Below are positions 48,998 through 57,809 of a stretch of DNA of 58,946 nt, piece by piece. The first letter of the stretch is position 1; every line of letters starts with the position of its first letter. This stretch comes from a virus (taxonomy: Duplodnaviria > Caudoviricetes): IMG/VR virus record IMGVR_UViG_3300017914_000046, positions 1 to 58,946 of that record; one strand, written 5' to 3'. The notes below the pieces were generated by a model. The model was not told where the DNA came from. It did no database searches and saw only the letters and a program-made list of their open reading frames with translations. Both the position numbers and the translations under genes were made by a program.

Positions 48998-49327
48998 ATG
49001 GTAGTAGATTTCGATGTAGACGGTGATGGAGTCATTACTGAAGCCGAAGTAGCTATGAAAGAGCGTATGTTGGAGATTGAGCTACGTGAAGAGAAGGCTG
49101 AGTCCCAAAAGTTTATGGCTTGGGTAGCTATGGGCATGATGATCATCTTTACTATCTTCTTATTTACTCCGATGATGTCCGATTCTAGAGTAACTGCACT
49201 TGCTGACCTACTTGGTTTGTTTTATATTGCCCAAACTGGCGTAGTAGCTGCGTATATGGGTGCTACAGCTTACATGGCAGGTAAACCAATGGGCAATAAA
49301 GTAGCAATGTCAAAGGATATGAGATAA
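48998..49327 (+). CDS. Putative holin
   Basis: Two TM helices, directly upstream of the endolysin; N-terminal DVDGDGVITEAE loop. Confidence 0.6.
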   Translation: MVVDFDVDGDGVITEAEVAMKERMLEIELREEKAESQKFMAWVAMGMMIIFTIFLFTPMMSDSRVTALADLLGLFYIAQTGVVAAYMGATAYMAGKPMGNKVAMSKDMR

Positions 49328-49797
49328 TGGCGTTTAGACTTTCACAAAGATCACTGGATAAACTAGACGGAGTCCACCCAGAGATGGTGGCCACAGTACA
49401 AAAAGCTATTGAGCTAACTGATGTGGACTTTGGGGTAACGTATGGTGTACGTACTTTAGAGGCTCAGAAGGAATTAGTAGCTACTGGACGTTCTCAAACC
49501 ATGAAATCTAAACATTTGATTCAAGGTGATGGGTATTCCCATGCTGTAGACCTTGTAGCTTACTTTGGTTCTAACGTTTCCTGGGAACTAAATGTTTACG
49601 ACAATATTTGTGATGCTATGGCTGAGGCAGCTAGGCAGATCGGGTGTGCAATCAAGTGGGGAGCTGCCTGGTCAGAGGGAGATATCAGAACCTATCCAGG
49701 AACAGCAGAAGATGCAATGAATGCATACATTGATCTAAGACGTTCTCAGGGACGTAGACCCTTTATTGATGCACCACACTTTGAATTGATGAGCTAA
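49327..49797 (+). CDS. Endolysin, M15-family peptidase
   Basis: GVRT...QTMKSKHL...HAVDL...WG...DAPHFEL. Confidence 0.85.
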   Translation: MAFRLSQRSLDKLDGVHPEMVATVQKAIELTDVDFGVTYGVRTLEAQKELVATGRSQTMKSKHLIQGDGYSHAVDLVAYFGSNVSWELNVYDNICDAMAEAARQIGCAIKWGAAWSEGDIRTYPGTAEDAMNAYIDLRRSQGRRPFIDAPHFELMS

Positions 49798-50165
49798 TGC
49801 GTTGGTTAGTGTTAACTCTACTTCTTTCTGGATGTGGATTAACCTCCCTACTTCCATTTGGTGGATCTGGTGGACCTACAGTTAATAGTAATGCACAAAT
49901 AGGTGCAGAGAATAGGCAAGCTGCAGTGTCTGTAGAGCAGACTACATCAGCTGGTAGAGATATAATTCAAACAACAAAAGAAGTAGAAACTGGTAAAGTG
50001 GAAAACCTAGACATCACCAATACAAATATACCACCTTGGGTAATACTTCTGCTGATCTTAGGTTGGTTACTACCTACTCCAACAGAGATAGGTAGATCTA
50101 TTATGGATTTTGTGTTAAGATTGTTTGGACGTAAAGATAATCCTAAGTATGACAGATTTAAGTAA
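49797..50165 (+). CDS. Unimolecular spanin
   Basis: N-terminal lipobox LLSGC plus a C-terminal TM helix, directly after the endolysin. Confidence 0.7.
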   Translation: MRWLVLTLLLSGCGLTSLLPFGGSGGPTVNSNAQIGAENRQAAVSVEQTTSAGRDIIQTTKEVETGKVENLDITNTNIPPWVILLLILGWLLPTPTEIGRSIMDFVLRLFGRKDNPKYDRFK

Positions 50166-50214
50166 AGGAGTAGGGGTAATATAGCAAGCGTCCTGTGTTC
50201 CCCCTAATTATTAT

Positions 50215-50532
50215 ATGGCAATACCTGAACGAGTAAAAAACAAGATGAAAGAAGTTGGTCTTAAAGAGGTCAACAAACCACAACGTCTAAATGACGACAG
50301 TGGTAAATCTCACCATGTTATGGCTTCTGAAGGTGGTAAGTATAAGTATATCAAGTTTGGTCAGAAGGGTGTAAAAACCAATCAGACTGCAGGACAGCGA
50401 GAGGCATTCAAGTCTCGCCACGCAAAGAATATCAAAAAGGGTAAGATGTCTGCAGCATACTGGGCTGATAAAGTAAAGTGGAGTCCCTCTAAAACTAAAT
50501 CCCCTTCTAAGAAGTGGGTGAAAGGTTCATAA
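50215..50532 (+). CDS. Small basic protein
   Basis: IKFGQKG...REAFKSRH...SAAYWA; Lys-rich. Confidence 0.65.
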   Translation: MAIPERVKNKMKEVGLKEVNKPQRLNDDSGKSHHVMASEGGKYKYIKFGQKGVKTNQTAGQREAFKSRHAKNIKKGKMSAAYWADKVKWSPSKTKSPSKKWVKGS

Positions 50533-50720
50533 TGTGGATAGGGATAATGCTCGTCTGTTTTGATCCTATGGCATTGTCCTGTAAGATTATAGCAAAACCA
50601 GAGCCATTTTATACTGAGAAAGCTTGCTTAGAAGAAGCTGAACAAATAGCAACTAATATAAGAGCAGGAGGTGCTTATGCTACACCACACTGCCACAAAG
50701 TCGAAGGGGGCAACACTTAA
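50532..50720 (+). CDS. Small Cys-containing protein with hydrophobic N-terminus
   Basis: MWIGIMLVC...SC...AC...HC; ATG overlaps the upstream stop. Confidence 0.55.
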   Translation: MWIGIMLVCFDPMALSCKIIAKPEPFYTEKACLEEAEQIATNIRAGGAYATPHCHKVEGGNT

Positions 50721-50905
50721 TGGCTACCAAAAAGAAAAGCACAGTAAATGCTGCAGGTAACTATACCAAGCCAACTATGCGTAAGAACCTTGTGGCAAAA
50801 GTCAAGGCGGGTTCAAAAGGTGGCAAGCCTGGACAATGGTCTGCGAGAAAAGCCCAGATGGTTGCAAAACAATATAAAGCAAAAGGCGGGGGCTACAAAG
50901 CATGA
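50720..50905 (+). CDS. Small basic protein (DUF5872-like N-terminal part)
   Basis: NYTKPTMR...GGKPGQWSARKAQ...YKAKGGGY. Confidence 0.6.
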   Translation: MATKKKSTVNAAGNYTKPTMRKNLVAKVKAGSKGGKPGQWSARKAQMVAKQYKAKGGGYKA

Positions 50906-51384
50906 AGGCTCCCCAAAAGTCATTAAAGAATTGGACAAAGCAGAAGTGGCGCACAAAGAGTGGCAAGCCTAGTGCTAAGACTGGAGAACGGTACTTACCC
51001 GAGGCAGCAATTAAATCTTTGTCGTCTGCAGAATATGCAGCCACCACTAAAGCAAAACGTGAAGGTACAAAGGCTGGCAAGCAGTTTGTAAAACAGCCAA
51101 AAAGTATAGCAAAGAAAACAGCAAAGTTTAGAGCAGCAGAGGGTGGCATGGCTAAAGGTAAAACTAAATGTCCTAAGTGTAAAGGGGCAGGATGTTCTCA
51201 TTGTGGTGGTAAAGGCTATCATATGGGTATGAGTAAAGGTGGGGATACTGGAAAGAATCCCAACAAGGGAATCGCAGAACTACGTAAAGTAGCTCCAGGT
51301 GCAGTTAAAGCTATGGGGTATAAACATGGTGGACTTACAAGGTCTACTGGTAAACTAAATACTGGCATTAAAGGGTGTGAATAA
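50902..51384 (+). CDS. Basic protein (DUF5872-like) with CxxCxGxG finger and xxGG motifs
   Basis: QKSLKNWTKQKWRTK...ERYLP; CPKCKGAGCSHCGGKG; AAEGG, MSKGG, YKHGG. Confidence 0.65.
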   Translation: MKAPQKSLKNWTKQKWRTKSGKPSAKTGERYLPEAAIKSLSSAEYAATTKAKREGTKAGKQFVKQPKSIAKKTAKFRAAEGGMAKGKTKCPKCKGAGCSHCGGKGYHMGMSKGGDTGKNPNKGIAELRKVAPGAVKAMGYKHGGLTRSTGKLNTGIKGCE

Positions 51385-51944
51385 TGGCTAAAGAATATAA
51401 AACAATCGCAGCTGCACAAAAAGCAGGATCAATGTATTTCGTAGGTAAAGACGGTAAGAAAAAACTTGCTGTCACTAAAGAACAACTAGACGCTTGGAAA
51501 AAGCGTAACAAGGGTAAGTTTAAAGGTTCAGCACTTACAGCTTGGGCTAATGCTAAAGGTAAAGATATTGGTGCCAGTAAGCGTGACTCTTCTCCACGTC
51601 CTCAATTACGTCCAGGTTCTAAAAAACCTGGTCCAGAGCAAGGTCCAGCAGCAGGTACTGGTGCAACTTTACAAGAAAAGAATGCACTAGATGCAGCCAA
51701 TAAAAGAACCAAAGAAGCCAGAGAGGAAAAGGCTGGTACAAAGAAACGTACTTCTGCAGGACAAAAGTTTAATGCTTGGTATGATAAGAACGGTGACAAA
51801 TATGGTACCATGAAAGAAGCTATGGAAGCTTATCAAAAAACTCTTAAGTCAGGTATGTCATATGGTGGCATGGCTAAAAAGAAAAAGATAGGTATGTCCA
51901 AAGGTGGTATGATTGATATGAGGAAAACAGGGTTGTTCAAATGA
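51384..51944 (+). CDS. Lys-rich protein with C-terminal MxxGG motifs
   Basis: MSYGGMAKKKKIGMSKGGM. Confidence 0.65.
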   Translation: MAKEYKTIAAAQKAGSMYFVGKDGKKKLAVTKEQLDAWKKRNKGKFKGSALTAWANAKGKDIGASKRDSSPRPQLRPGSKKPGPEQGPAAGTGATLQEKNALDAANKRTKEAREEKAGTKKRTSAGQKFNAWYDKNGDKYGTMKEAMEAYQKTLKSGMSYGGMAKKKKIGMSKGGMIDMRKTGLFK

Positions 51945-52216
51945 AGCTAGAGGATAATAAAGTTGTAGACCATATTGGTACTGTTCTTGCTGAAAAAATT
52001 AGAGGGGAATGGCACACTAAAGATAATGCTGTCTTACAATTTATTATGGCTACAGAAGTACAGGACTCAGAGCCTGTAGCTGAAGAAGAGTACGAACTAG
52101 AAATGGTTCGTGCTCGTGATGAAAAAGGACACTTCATTGCTGATGACCCCGATACGGAAGTAAATGAAGCTTGGGTAGTCAAAACAATCAAAAAAGCTGT
52201 TAAAGGTAAGAAGTAA
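51941..52216 (+). CDS. Hypothetical protein
   Basis: RARDEKGHFIADDPDTEVNEAW motif. Confidence 0.6.
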   Translation: MKLEDNKVVDHIGTVLAEKIRGEWHTKDNAVLQFIMATEVQDSEPVAEEEYELEMVRARDEKGHFIADDPDTEVNEAWVVKTIKKAVKGKK

Positions 52217-52575
52217 TGTCTTTTATGAATCAGGGCAAACCAGCACGGATTAAATCTGTGTATGGTCACAACACAGGTACAACATACGAAACTGTATATA
52301 CATGCCCTGCTAATGCGGTAGCAGAGGTTACATTCATTCATGTCGTGAATGGTGGCGGCTCTACTAACAGTGTTGAGGTTGAGTGGTATGTAGCTGCTGA
52401 TACCTACACATCACACTTCCTCAAAGGTAAATCTATTAATTCTGGTGACTACGTTAGTTTTAGTAATATAGATTTAGTATTACAACCAGGTGATCAAATT
52501 AGAGTTACTCCTTCAAGTGCTGGTCATATTGACTCTATCTTAACTGTAACAGAAACCTTTGTCCCTGTGGGATAA
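52216..52575 (+). CDS. Putative structural protein
   Basis: VYTCPAN...LVLQPGDQI beta-sandwich type. Confidence 0.55.
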   Translation: MSFMNQGKPARIKSVYGHNTGTTYETVYTCPANAVAEVTFIHVVNGGGSTNSVEVEWYVAADTYTSHFLKGKSINSGDYVSFSNIDLVLQPGDQIRVTPSSAGHIDSILTVTETFVPVG

Positions 52576-52580
52576 CGGGG

Positions 52581-52612
52581 TTGCAATATTAGCAATAGTG
52601 TAGTATAACTAT
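52581..52612 (+). promoter_or_regulatory. Promoter upstream of DUF1127/packaging genes
   Basis: TTGCAA-N17-TATAAC within GTATAACTAT; a second GTATAACTAG at 52617. Confidence 0.55.
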
Positions 52613-52666
52613 GTGTGTATAACTAGTCTCTGTAAGCTGCAATGCAGCAATTTATGGAGACACACA

Positions 52667-52825
52667 ATGAGAAAATTTTTTGAAAGACTAATCGAAGCAC
52701 GTCAACGTCAAGCTGATGCCCGTATTGCAGAGATGCACTTGTGGAGAATGTCAGACCGTGAATTAAACGATCTTGGTATCGGACGTGGAGATATTAAGAG
52801 AGTAATACACGAAGGTGTAAAGTGA
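52667..52825 (+). CDS. DUF1127 small protein
   Basis: RQRQ...LWRMSDRELNDLGIGRGDI; GGAG RBS before ATG 52667. Confidence 0.85.
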   Translation: MRKFFERLIEARQRQADARIAEMHLWRMSDRELNDLGIGRGDIKRVIHEGVK

Positions 52826-52844
52826 GTTCTTTGGGAGGAGACTC

Positions 52845-53300
52845 GTGGACCCAGTTACAATAATTAGTGGGGCCACAGTCGCCTTCAACGCACTTAAAAA
52901 AGGTTTTGCTATTGGCAAAGATCTGCAGGATATGTCAGGCCAGCTAACACAGTGGGCAGGGCATATGGCAGATCTAGGCCAAGCTGAAAAGCAAGTAAAG
53001 AACCCTCCTTGGTGGAAATCATTGGGCGGTTCTGTAGAAGCAGAAGCAATAGAAATCTTTGCCGCAAAACGTAAAGCAGAGGATATGAGAAAAGAACTCA
53101 AGTCTTATATCAGCTTTACGATGGGGCCATCAGCTTGGGACGAGTTGGTAGCTATTGAAGGTAAGATACGAAAACAAAAGAAAGAACAAGAATACCGTAA
53201 GGCTGAATTGCAAGAAGCAATTATTACTTGGACACTTGGTGGATTGTTATTTATTACAGGTGTAGGTGTAATGGCCTTTGTATTATATATGGTGGTATAA
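52845..53300 (+). CDS. Hypothetical protein with C-terminal TM helix
   Basis: GGAGG RBS with GTG start; MDPVTII... Confidence 0.65.
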   Translation: MDPVTIISGATVAFNALKKGFAIGKDLQDMSGQLTQWAGHMADLGQAEKQVKNPPWWKSLGGSVEAEAIEIFAAKRKAEDMRKELKSYISFTMGPSAWDELVAIEGKIRKQKKEQEYRKAELQEAIITWTLGGLLFITGVGVMAFVLYMVV

Positions 53301-53668
53301 TGACTAGAAACTTAACAGAAAAACAACAGAAGTTCCTTGATGTACTTTTTGAGGAAGCTGGGGGCAACTTAGTTACAGCTAAAAAGCTTGCTGGGTACGC
53401 TGATGCTGTTACTTCTAGACAAGTAGCAGAACCACTTGCAGATGAGATTGCAGCACTGACTAAGAAGTTTATTGCTTCGTCTGCTACAAAAGCTGCATAC
53501 TCTATGTTTGAAGTTATGAATAATCCAACAGATCTAGGAAATAAAGAAAAGATGGCAGCTGCAAAAGATGTCCTGGATCGTAGTGGCTTTACAAAAACAG
53601 AGAAAGTAGAAGTCTCTGCTGCAAGTCCACTGTTTATTCTGCCACAAAAAGATAATGACGACGAATAA
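53300..53668 (+). CDS. terS: Terminase small subunit
   Basis: LTEKQQKFL...AKKLAGY HTH; AAKDVLDRSG; ATG overlaps the upstream stop. Confidence 0.7.
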   Translation: MTRNLTEKQQKFLDVLFEEAGGNLVTAKKLAGYADAVTSRQVAEPLADEIAALTKKFIASSATKAAYSMFEVMNNPTDLGNKEKMAAAKDVLDRSGFTKTEKVEVSAASPLFILPQKDNDDE

Positions 53669-54068
53669 AACTTGGACGTTACCTAAGCCAGATTTTGTTG
53701 ATGGTGAGTATGTCTGGAAACCTGTGGTAAGATTAGGTAGTCATGTACCATTTGGCTATAGACAAGACCCAGATGATCGTGATATACTATTACCAGTTCC
53801 AGAGGAACTAGAACTATTTGAGCTGGCTAAAAAACACCTTAGACGTTATAGCTACAGAGAAGTAGCTGGTTGGCTCAGTACACAATCTGGAAGATATATC
53901 TCCCACGTAGGTTTATACAAGAGAGTAAAACTTGAGCGAAAACGTAAGACAGAAGCTGCAACTCAACGCTACCTCGCCCAACGCTATAAAGAAGCCCTCG
54001 AAAAAGCGGAAAGGCTCGAAGGTAGACTCCTCGGTCAAAAAGAGTACACCAGCTCAACCGAAGCCTGA
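53655..54068 (+). CDS. Putative DNA-binding protein between terS and terL
   Basis: VPFGY...YSYREVAGWLS..SGRYISHVGLYKR HTH-like. Confidence 0.6.
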   Translation: MTTNKTWTLPKPDFVDGEYVWKPVVRLGSHVPFGYRQDPDDRDILLPVPEELELFELAKKHLRRYSYREVAGWLSTQSGRYISHVGLYKRVKLERKRKTEAATQRYLAQRYKEALEKAERLEGRLLGQKEYTSSTEA

Positions 54069-55491
54069 AGAGCTAGACTTTGAACAGGTTGCACAAGAAG
54101 TTATATTTGAGCCAAATCCTGGTCCACAGACTAGCTTCTTGGCTGCAACTGAACAGGAGGTTCTTTATGGAGGTGCTGCTGGTGGAGGGAAATCCTATGC
54201 AATGGTTGCCGACCCTGTACGCTACTTGGGGAACCCAAATGCGAGAATGCTTCTTGTGCGCCGTAGCACAGAAGAACTTAGGGAACTTATCTCGGTAAGC
54301 AAACAACTTTATCCCAAGGCTATCCCTGGAATCAAGTTTATGGAAAGGGATAAAACTTGGGTAGCTCCATCAGGTGCTACATTGTGGATGTCATATCTTG
54401 ATAGAGATGATGACGTTATGAGATACCAAGGTCAAGCTTTTAACTGGATTGGCTTTGACGAACTTACACAGTGGCCTACACCTTATGCATGGAACTATAT
54501 GAGGTCACGTCTCCGTACTACTAAGGCATCAGGATTGCCACTGTATATGAGAGCAACAAGCAACCCTGGCGGCCCAGGGCATCAGTGGGTAAAGAGAACA
54601 TTCATTGATCCTCAGACTCCAAACAAAGCGTTCCATGCTACTGATGAAAACGGAGATGTGATCACTTGGCCGAAGGGTCATAGCAGAGAGGGTGAGCCTC
54701 TGTTCAAACGTAAGTTTATTCCAGCCACCCTTTTTGATAACCCTTACCTTTCGGACGATGGACTTTATGAAGCCAACCTTTTATCTTTGCCTGAACACCA
54801 ACGGAGACAGTTGCTTGAAGGTGACTGGGACATTAACGAAGGAGCAGCTTTCCCAGAGTTTAACCGAAACATCCACGTTGTTGACCCATACGACATACCA
54901 AGCAACTGGATACGCTTTAGAGCTTGCGACTACGGTTATGGTTCCCACACTGGAGTTCTTTGGTTTACTGTAGTTCCTGGATCAGAGCAGTTGGTAATCT
55001 ACAGAGAACTGTATGTATCTAAGGTAACTGCTACAGACTTAGCAGATATTATCCTAGAGATAGAAGCAGAGTCAGGGGAAAAGATACGTTATGGAGTTCT
55101 TGACTCTTCTTTGTGGCATAATCGTGGTGATACTGGTCCTAGTCTCGCTGAACAGATGATTATGAAAGGTTGCAGATGGAGACCGTCAGACAGATCTAAA
55201 GGTTCTCGTGTAGCTGGTAAGAATGAAATACATAGACGTTTACAAGTAGATGAGTTTACAGAAGAGCCTAGGGTTGTGTTTTTTAGTAATTGCACTAACA
55301 CCATAGCACAGATACCCAGTCTACCTCTTGATAAGAATAATCCAGAAGATGTAGACACCCATGCAGAGGATCACTTGTACGATGCTCTTAGGTATGGTAT
55401 AATGACAAGACCTCGTAGTAATGTGTTTGACTTTGATCCTGCAGCACAAAGAACAGGATTCCAAGCATCAGATCCCACTTTTGGATATTAA
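53932..55491 (+). CDS. terL: Terminase large subunit
   Basis: Walker A YGGAAGGGKS, Walker B GFDELTQW, ATSNPGG, nuclease CDYG and EDHLYDALRY; start uncertain. Confidence 0.93.
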   Translation: MSENVRQKLQLNATSPNAIKKPSKKRKGSKVDSSVKKSTPAQPKPEELDFEQVAQEVIFEPNPGPQTSFLAATEQEVLYGGAAGGGKSYAMVADPVRYLGNPNARMLLVRRSTEELRELISVSKQLYPKAIPGIKFMERDKTWVAPSGATLWMSYLDRDDDVMRYQGQAFNWIGFDELTQWPTPYAWNYMRSRLRTTKASGLPLYMRATSNPGGPGHQWVKRTFIDPQTPNKAFHATDENGDVITWPKGHSREGEPLFKRKFIPATLFDNPYLSDDGLYEANLLSLPEHQRRQLLEGDWDINEGAAFPEFNRNIHVVDPYDIPSNWIRFRACDYGYGSHTGVLWFTVVPGSEQLVIYRELYVSKVTATDLADIILEIEAESGEKIRYGVLDSSLWHNRGDTGPSLAEQMIMKGCRWRPSDRSKGSRVAGKNEIHRRLQVDEFTEEPRVVFFSNCTNTIAQIPSLPLDKNNPEDVDTHAEDHLYDALRYGIMTRPRSNVFDFDPAAQRTGFQASDPTFGY

Positions 55492-55500
55492 GGAAAAGAT

Positions 55501-57606
55501 ATGGAAGAAGAATTTGAAGATATGGCAATGGATTTAGATCAGGCTTCTGCTATTGAAGACGTAGCAGAAGATGATTATACAGATCCAGTCACAGGTCAAA
55601 TCGTCCAGTTTGTAAGAGACAAGTTTAATAAAGCAGAGACAGCACGTCAGCTTGATGAAGAGCGGTGGATCAAAGCTTACAGAAACTACAGAGGTATGTA
55701 TGGATCTGATGTACAGTTTACTTCTACAGAAAAGTCTCGCATCTTTGTTAAAGTTACTAAGACAAAAACACTAGCTGCTTACGGACAGATTGCAGATGTT
55801 TTGTTTGGTGGCAACAAGTTCCCTCTTAGCATTGACCCTACTAAACTTCCAGAAGGTGTAGAAGAAACTGTAAACTTCGAAACAAACGAACAGCTACGTA
55901 AGGCAGTTGGCAACGACGAGATGGCTACTCTACTTCCTGGAGAAACTTATCCAGAGTTTAGAGAACGTCTAGCAGGATTAGCAGGTGTATTAGAACCTGT
56001 ACTTGACGATGTTAAATCTGGAACTTCTGGAAACCCATCTGCAGTACAGATGCACCCTGCAGAGATTGCCGCTAAGAAAATGGAAAAGAAAATCCATGAT
56101 CAGCTAGAAGAATCTCATGCAAAGAAACACTTACGTGCAGCTGCATTTGAATGTGCATTGTTTGGTACAGGTGTAATGAAAGGACCGTTTGCGGTAGATA
56201 AAGAGTACCCTAACTGGTCAGATGAGGGGGAATACTCCCCAGTCTTTAAAACAATTCCACAAACTACTTCTGTATCTATCTGGAACTTCTACCCAGACCC
56301 AGATGCATCTACTATGGAAGAAGCAGAGTTTGTAGTTGAACGCCATAAGATGTCACGTTCACAGGTACGTGCACTTAAAAATCGTCCATACTTCCGTTCC
56401 AATGCTATTGATAACACCCTAAGCCTTGGTGAAAACTATCGCAAAGAGTGGTGGGAACAAGTAATGGAAGACAACTCAGAAGAGGGTAAGGCTGACCGTT
56501 TTGAAATCTTAGAGTTTTGGGGTTTTGTAGACAGAGAAATTATTGAAGATCAAGGGGTGGACATCCCTTCAGAATTAAAAAATGCAGATCAGCTTAGTGT
56601 AAACATCTGGGTTGCCAATGGACAAGTACTACGTCTAGTGATGAATCCATTTACTCCAGCTTACATTCCATACTTTGCTGCACCATATGAAATGAATCCA
56701 TACAGTATTTTTGGCGTAGGTATCGCTGAAAACATGGATGACACACAAACACTTATGAATGGCTTTATGCGTATGGCAGTAGACAATGCTGCCTTATCAG
56801 GTAACTTACTTATTGAGGTAGACGAGACTAACCTCGTCCCAGGGCAAGACCTCTCCGTGTATCCAGGCAAAGTGTTTAGGAGACAGGGAGGGGCACCTGG
56901 TCAAGCTGTGTTTGGCACCAAGTTCCCTAACGTATCTAATGAGAACATGCAGATGTTCGATAAAGCGAGAGTACTAGCAGATGAATCAACTGGCTTCCCT
57001 TCCTTCGCACATGGTCAGACAGGCGTATCGGGAGTGGGCCGTACTGCCTCTGGTATTTCTATGCTTATGTCTGCTGCCAACGGCAGTATACGGAATGTAG
57101 TAAAGAACATTGATGACTATCTACTGGCACCACTAGGTAAAGCTTTTTTTAACTTTAACATGCAGTTCGACTTTGATGAAGAAATAAAAGGCGACTTAGA
57201 AGTTAAAGCTCGTGGTACAGAGAGCTTGATGGCTAACGAAGTACGTAGCCAACGCTTGATGCAATTCTTACAAGTTGTACAGAACCCAGCACTAGCACCG
57301 TTTGCTCGTATGGATTATATTGTTCGTGAGATTGCTAAGTCTATGGATCTTGATCCAGATAAAGTTGGCAACAACATGGCAGAAGCTGCAGTACAAGCAG
57401 AGATACTAAAACAATTCCAAGCAGAGAATCCACCAGAACCACAGCCAGGAGTTCCTGGTCCACCTGCAGCAGGGCCACAGGGCGCTCCTGCGGGGGCACA
57501 AGTGCAGGATACGCAAGGTAGCGGGGGTGGTACTATAGGAACGGGTACAGTGCCTACACCAGGAGAACAGGGCTTCTCAGGTAACACTGGCCCACAGGTA
57601 CAATGA
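55501..57606 (+). CDS. Portal protein
   Basis: 701 aa after terL; WNFYPDP, GVGIAENMDDTQ, RTASGISMLM. Confidence 0.88.
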   Translation: MEEEFEDMAMDLDQASAIEDVAEDDYTDPVTGQIVQFVRDKFNKAETARQLDEERWIKAYRNYRGMYGSDVQFTSTEKSRIFVKVTKTKTLAAYGQIADVLFGGNKFPLSIDPTKLPEGVEETVNFETNEQLRKAVGNDEMATLLPGETYPEFRERLAGLAGVLEPVLDDVKSGTSGNPSAVQMHPAEIAAKKMEKKIHDQLEESHAKKHLRAAAFECALFGTGVMKGPFAVDKEYPNWSDEGEYSPVFKTIPQTTSVSIWNFYPDPDASTMEEAEFVVERHKMSRSQVRALKNRPYFRSNAIDNTLSLGENYRKEWWEQVMEDNSEEGKADRFEILEFWGFVDREIIEDQGVDIPSELKNADQLSVNIWVANGQVLRLVMNPFTPAYIPYFAAPYEMNPYSIFGVGIAENMDDTQTLMNGFMRMAVDNAALSGNLLIEVDETNLVPGQDLSVYPGKVFRRQGGAPGQAVFGTKFPNVSNENMQMFDKARVLADESTGFPSFAHGQTGVSGVGRTASGISMLMSAANGSIRNVVKNIDDYLLAPLGKAFFNFNMQFDFDEEIKGDLEVKARGTESLMANEVRSQRLMQFLQVVQNPALAPFARMDYIVREIAKSMDLDPDKVGNNMAEAAVQAEILKQFQAENPPEPQPGVPGPPAAGPQGAPAGAQVQDTQGSGGGTIGTGTVPTPGEQGFSGNTGPQVQ

Positions 57607-57809
57607 AACTTGTAGTGAATAATACTTTGAAACCTTTTGTAAACAATCCAGAACTGTATAATCCTTTTCTGGAAGAGATCATGAACCGAATAGATAAGGT
57701 ACACAAACGCCTTGAGCAGATTACAGATGTAGAAGAACTGTACCGTGCTCAGGGTGAAATACGTGTGCTTAGATCTTTGCTACTTCTTAGGGAACATGTA
57801 AATGGTTAA
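57603..57809 (+). CDS. Small head-associated protein
   Basis: ELYRAQGEIRVLRSL; sits right after the portal gene. Confidence 0.65.
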   Translation: MKLVVNNTLKPFVNNPELYNPFLEEIMNRIDKVHKRLEQITDVEELYRAQGEIRVLRSLLLLREHVNG

